DNA of 22,159 bases from Ginkgo biloba (Eukaryota > Plantae > Ginkgophyta): positions 160,482,846-160,505,004 of the forward strand of contig JANKJI020000002.1 of the NCBI GenBank assembly GCA_024626585.2, read 5' to 3'. The translations under genes were made by a program, and so were the position numbers. Below the pieces are notes generated by a model. That model made no database searches, had not been told where the DNA came from, and was given only the letters and a program-made list of their open reading frames with translations. How positions within the stretch are numbered: the first letter of the stretch is position 1; each line of letters begins with the position of its first letter. This document shows, in pieces, positions 21,730-22,159 of the stretch.

Positions 21730-21992
21730 TTGTAGGTGATTCTTCGCCTACACCTCACTTATAGGTGAGTTCCCCTACAACTTGATTGTAGGTGAATTCA
21801 CTTGCACCTTGTTGTAAGTGAGTTTGCCTTCACCTCGTTGTAGGTGAGCTCGCCTGCACCTCAATGTAAGTGAGTTTGCCTGCACCTCGTTGTAGGTGAG
21901 TTCTATGGCACCTCATTGTAGGTGGGTGCACTTGTACCTTGATGTAGGTGACTTTGTCTATATCTTGTTGTAGGTGAGTGCCTGCATATCAC
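21730..21992 (+). repeat. 26-bp tandem repeat, 10 copies, consensus TTGTAGGTGAGTTCGCCTGCACCTCG, built on a 20-bp palindrome
   Basis: Copies start at about 21730, 21759, 21786, 21812, 21838, 21864, 21890, 21916, 21942 and 21968. The copy at 21839-21858, TGTAGGTGAG|CTCGCCTGCA, is two C>T changes from the perfect palindrome TGCAGGCGAGCTCGCCTGCA. Confidence 0.9.
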
Positions 21993-22003
21993 TTGCAACC
22001 TGT

Positions 22004-22057
22004 ATGCAAATAAGTTTTCATTTACTCGCGGGGTGTATGCAAGTGAATTATTTGCAT
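22004..22057. repeat. Inverted repeat flanking the 26-bp array
   Basis: ATGCAAATAA (22004-22013) and TTATTTGCAT (22048-22057), with inner partial pairing ttcattt/aagtgaa. Confidence 0.6.
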
Positions 22058-22159
22058 CTCTATGTAAGTGATCCAAGGACACTTGGATCAATTTTTGTAG
22101 TTGGTGCTTCGTAGTCTATACTTGCTTTGTGAGCATATCCTTTTGCCACAAGTTGAGCT

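Noticed and set aside
21730-21992. CRISPR-like array (palindromic repeats)
   Set aside because: Units are head-to-tail with no unique 25-45 bp spacers, no cas genes are present, and the context is a eukaryotic intron.

Overview
AT-rich, CpG-depleted, gap-riddled eukaryotic plant genomic DNA. The large introns and the TE types suggest a large-genome seed plant such as a gymnosperm, which is an inference. The one host gene visible is a minus-strand group-B2 Raf-like MAPKKK. Four exons with canonical GT-AG sites (8138-8098, 7969-7901, 7524-7424, 3809-<=3773) splice in frame to kinase subdomains I-V: [83 protein letters not shown]. No further upstream or downstream kinase exon is visible, so the rest of the window is probably intron. 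That space holds decayed TEs: an RTE-like LINE ORF2 3' part, L1 ORF1 remnants, and an ~8 kb non-chromoviral (Tat-like) Gypsy with a 5' LTR and tRNA-Arg PBS. The Gypsy has a clean internal deletion of the RT core and carries a nested short-LTR element. Several minisatellites are also present, including a palindromic 26-bp array. I do not see a well-supported novel biological system. The best leads are the RT-less Gypsy, a possible aRH hidden in its gap, the RAF12/RAF7-11 intermediate kinase and the palindromic arrays.
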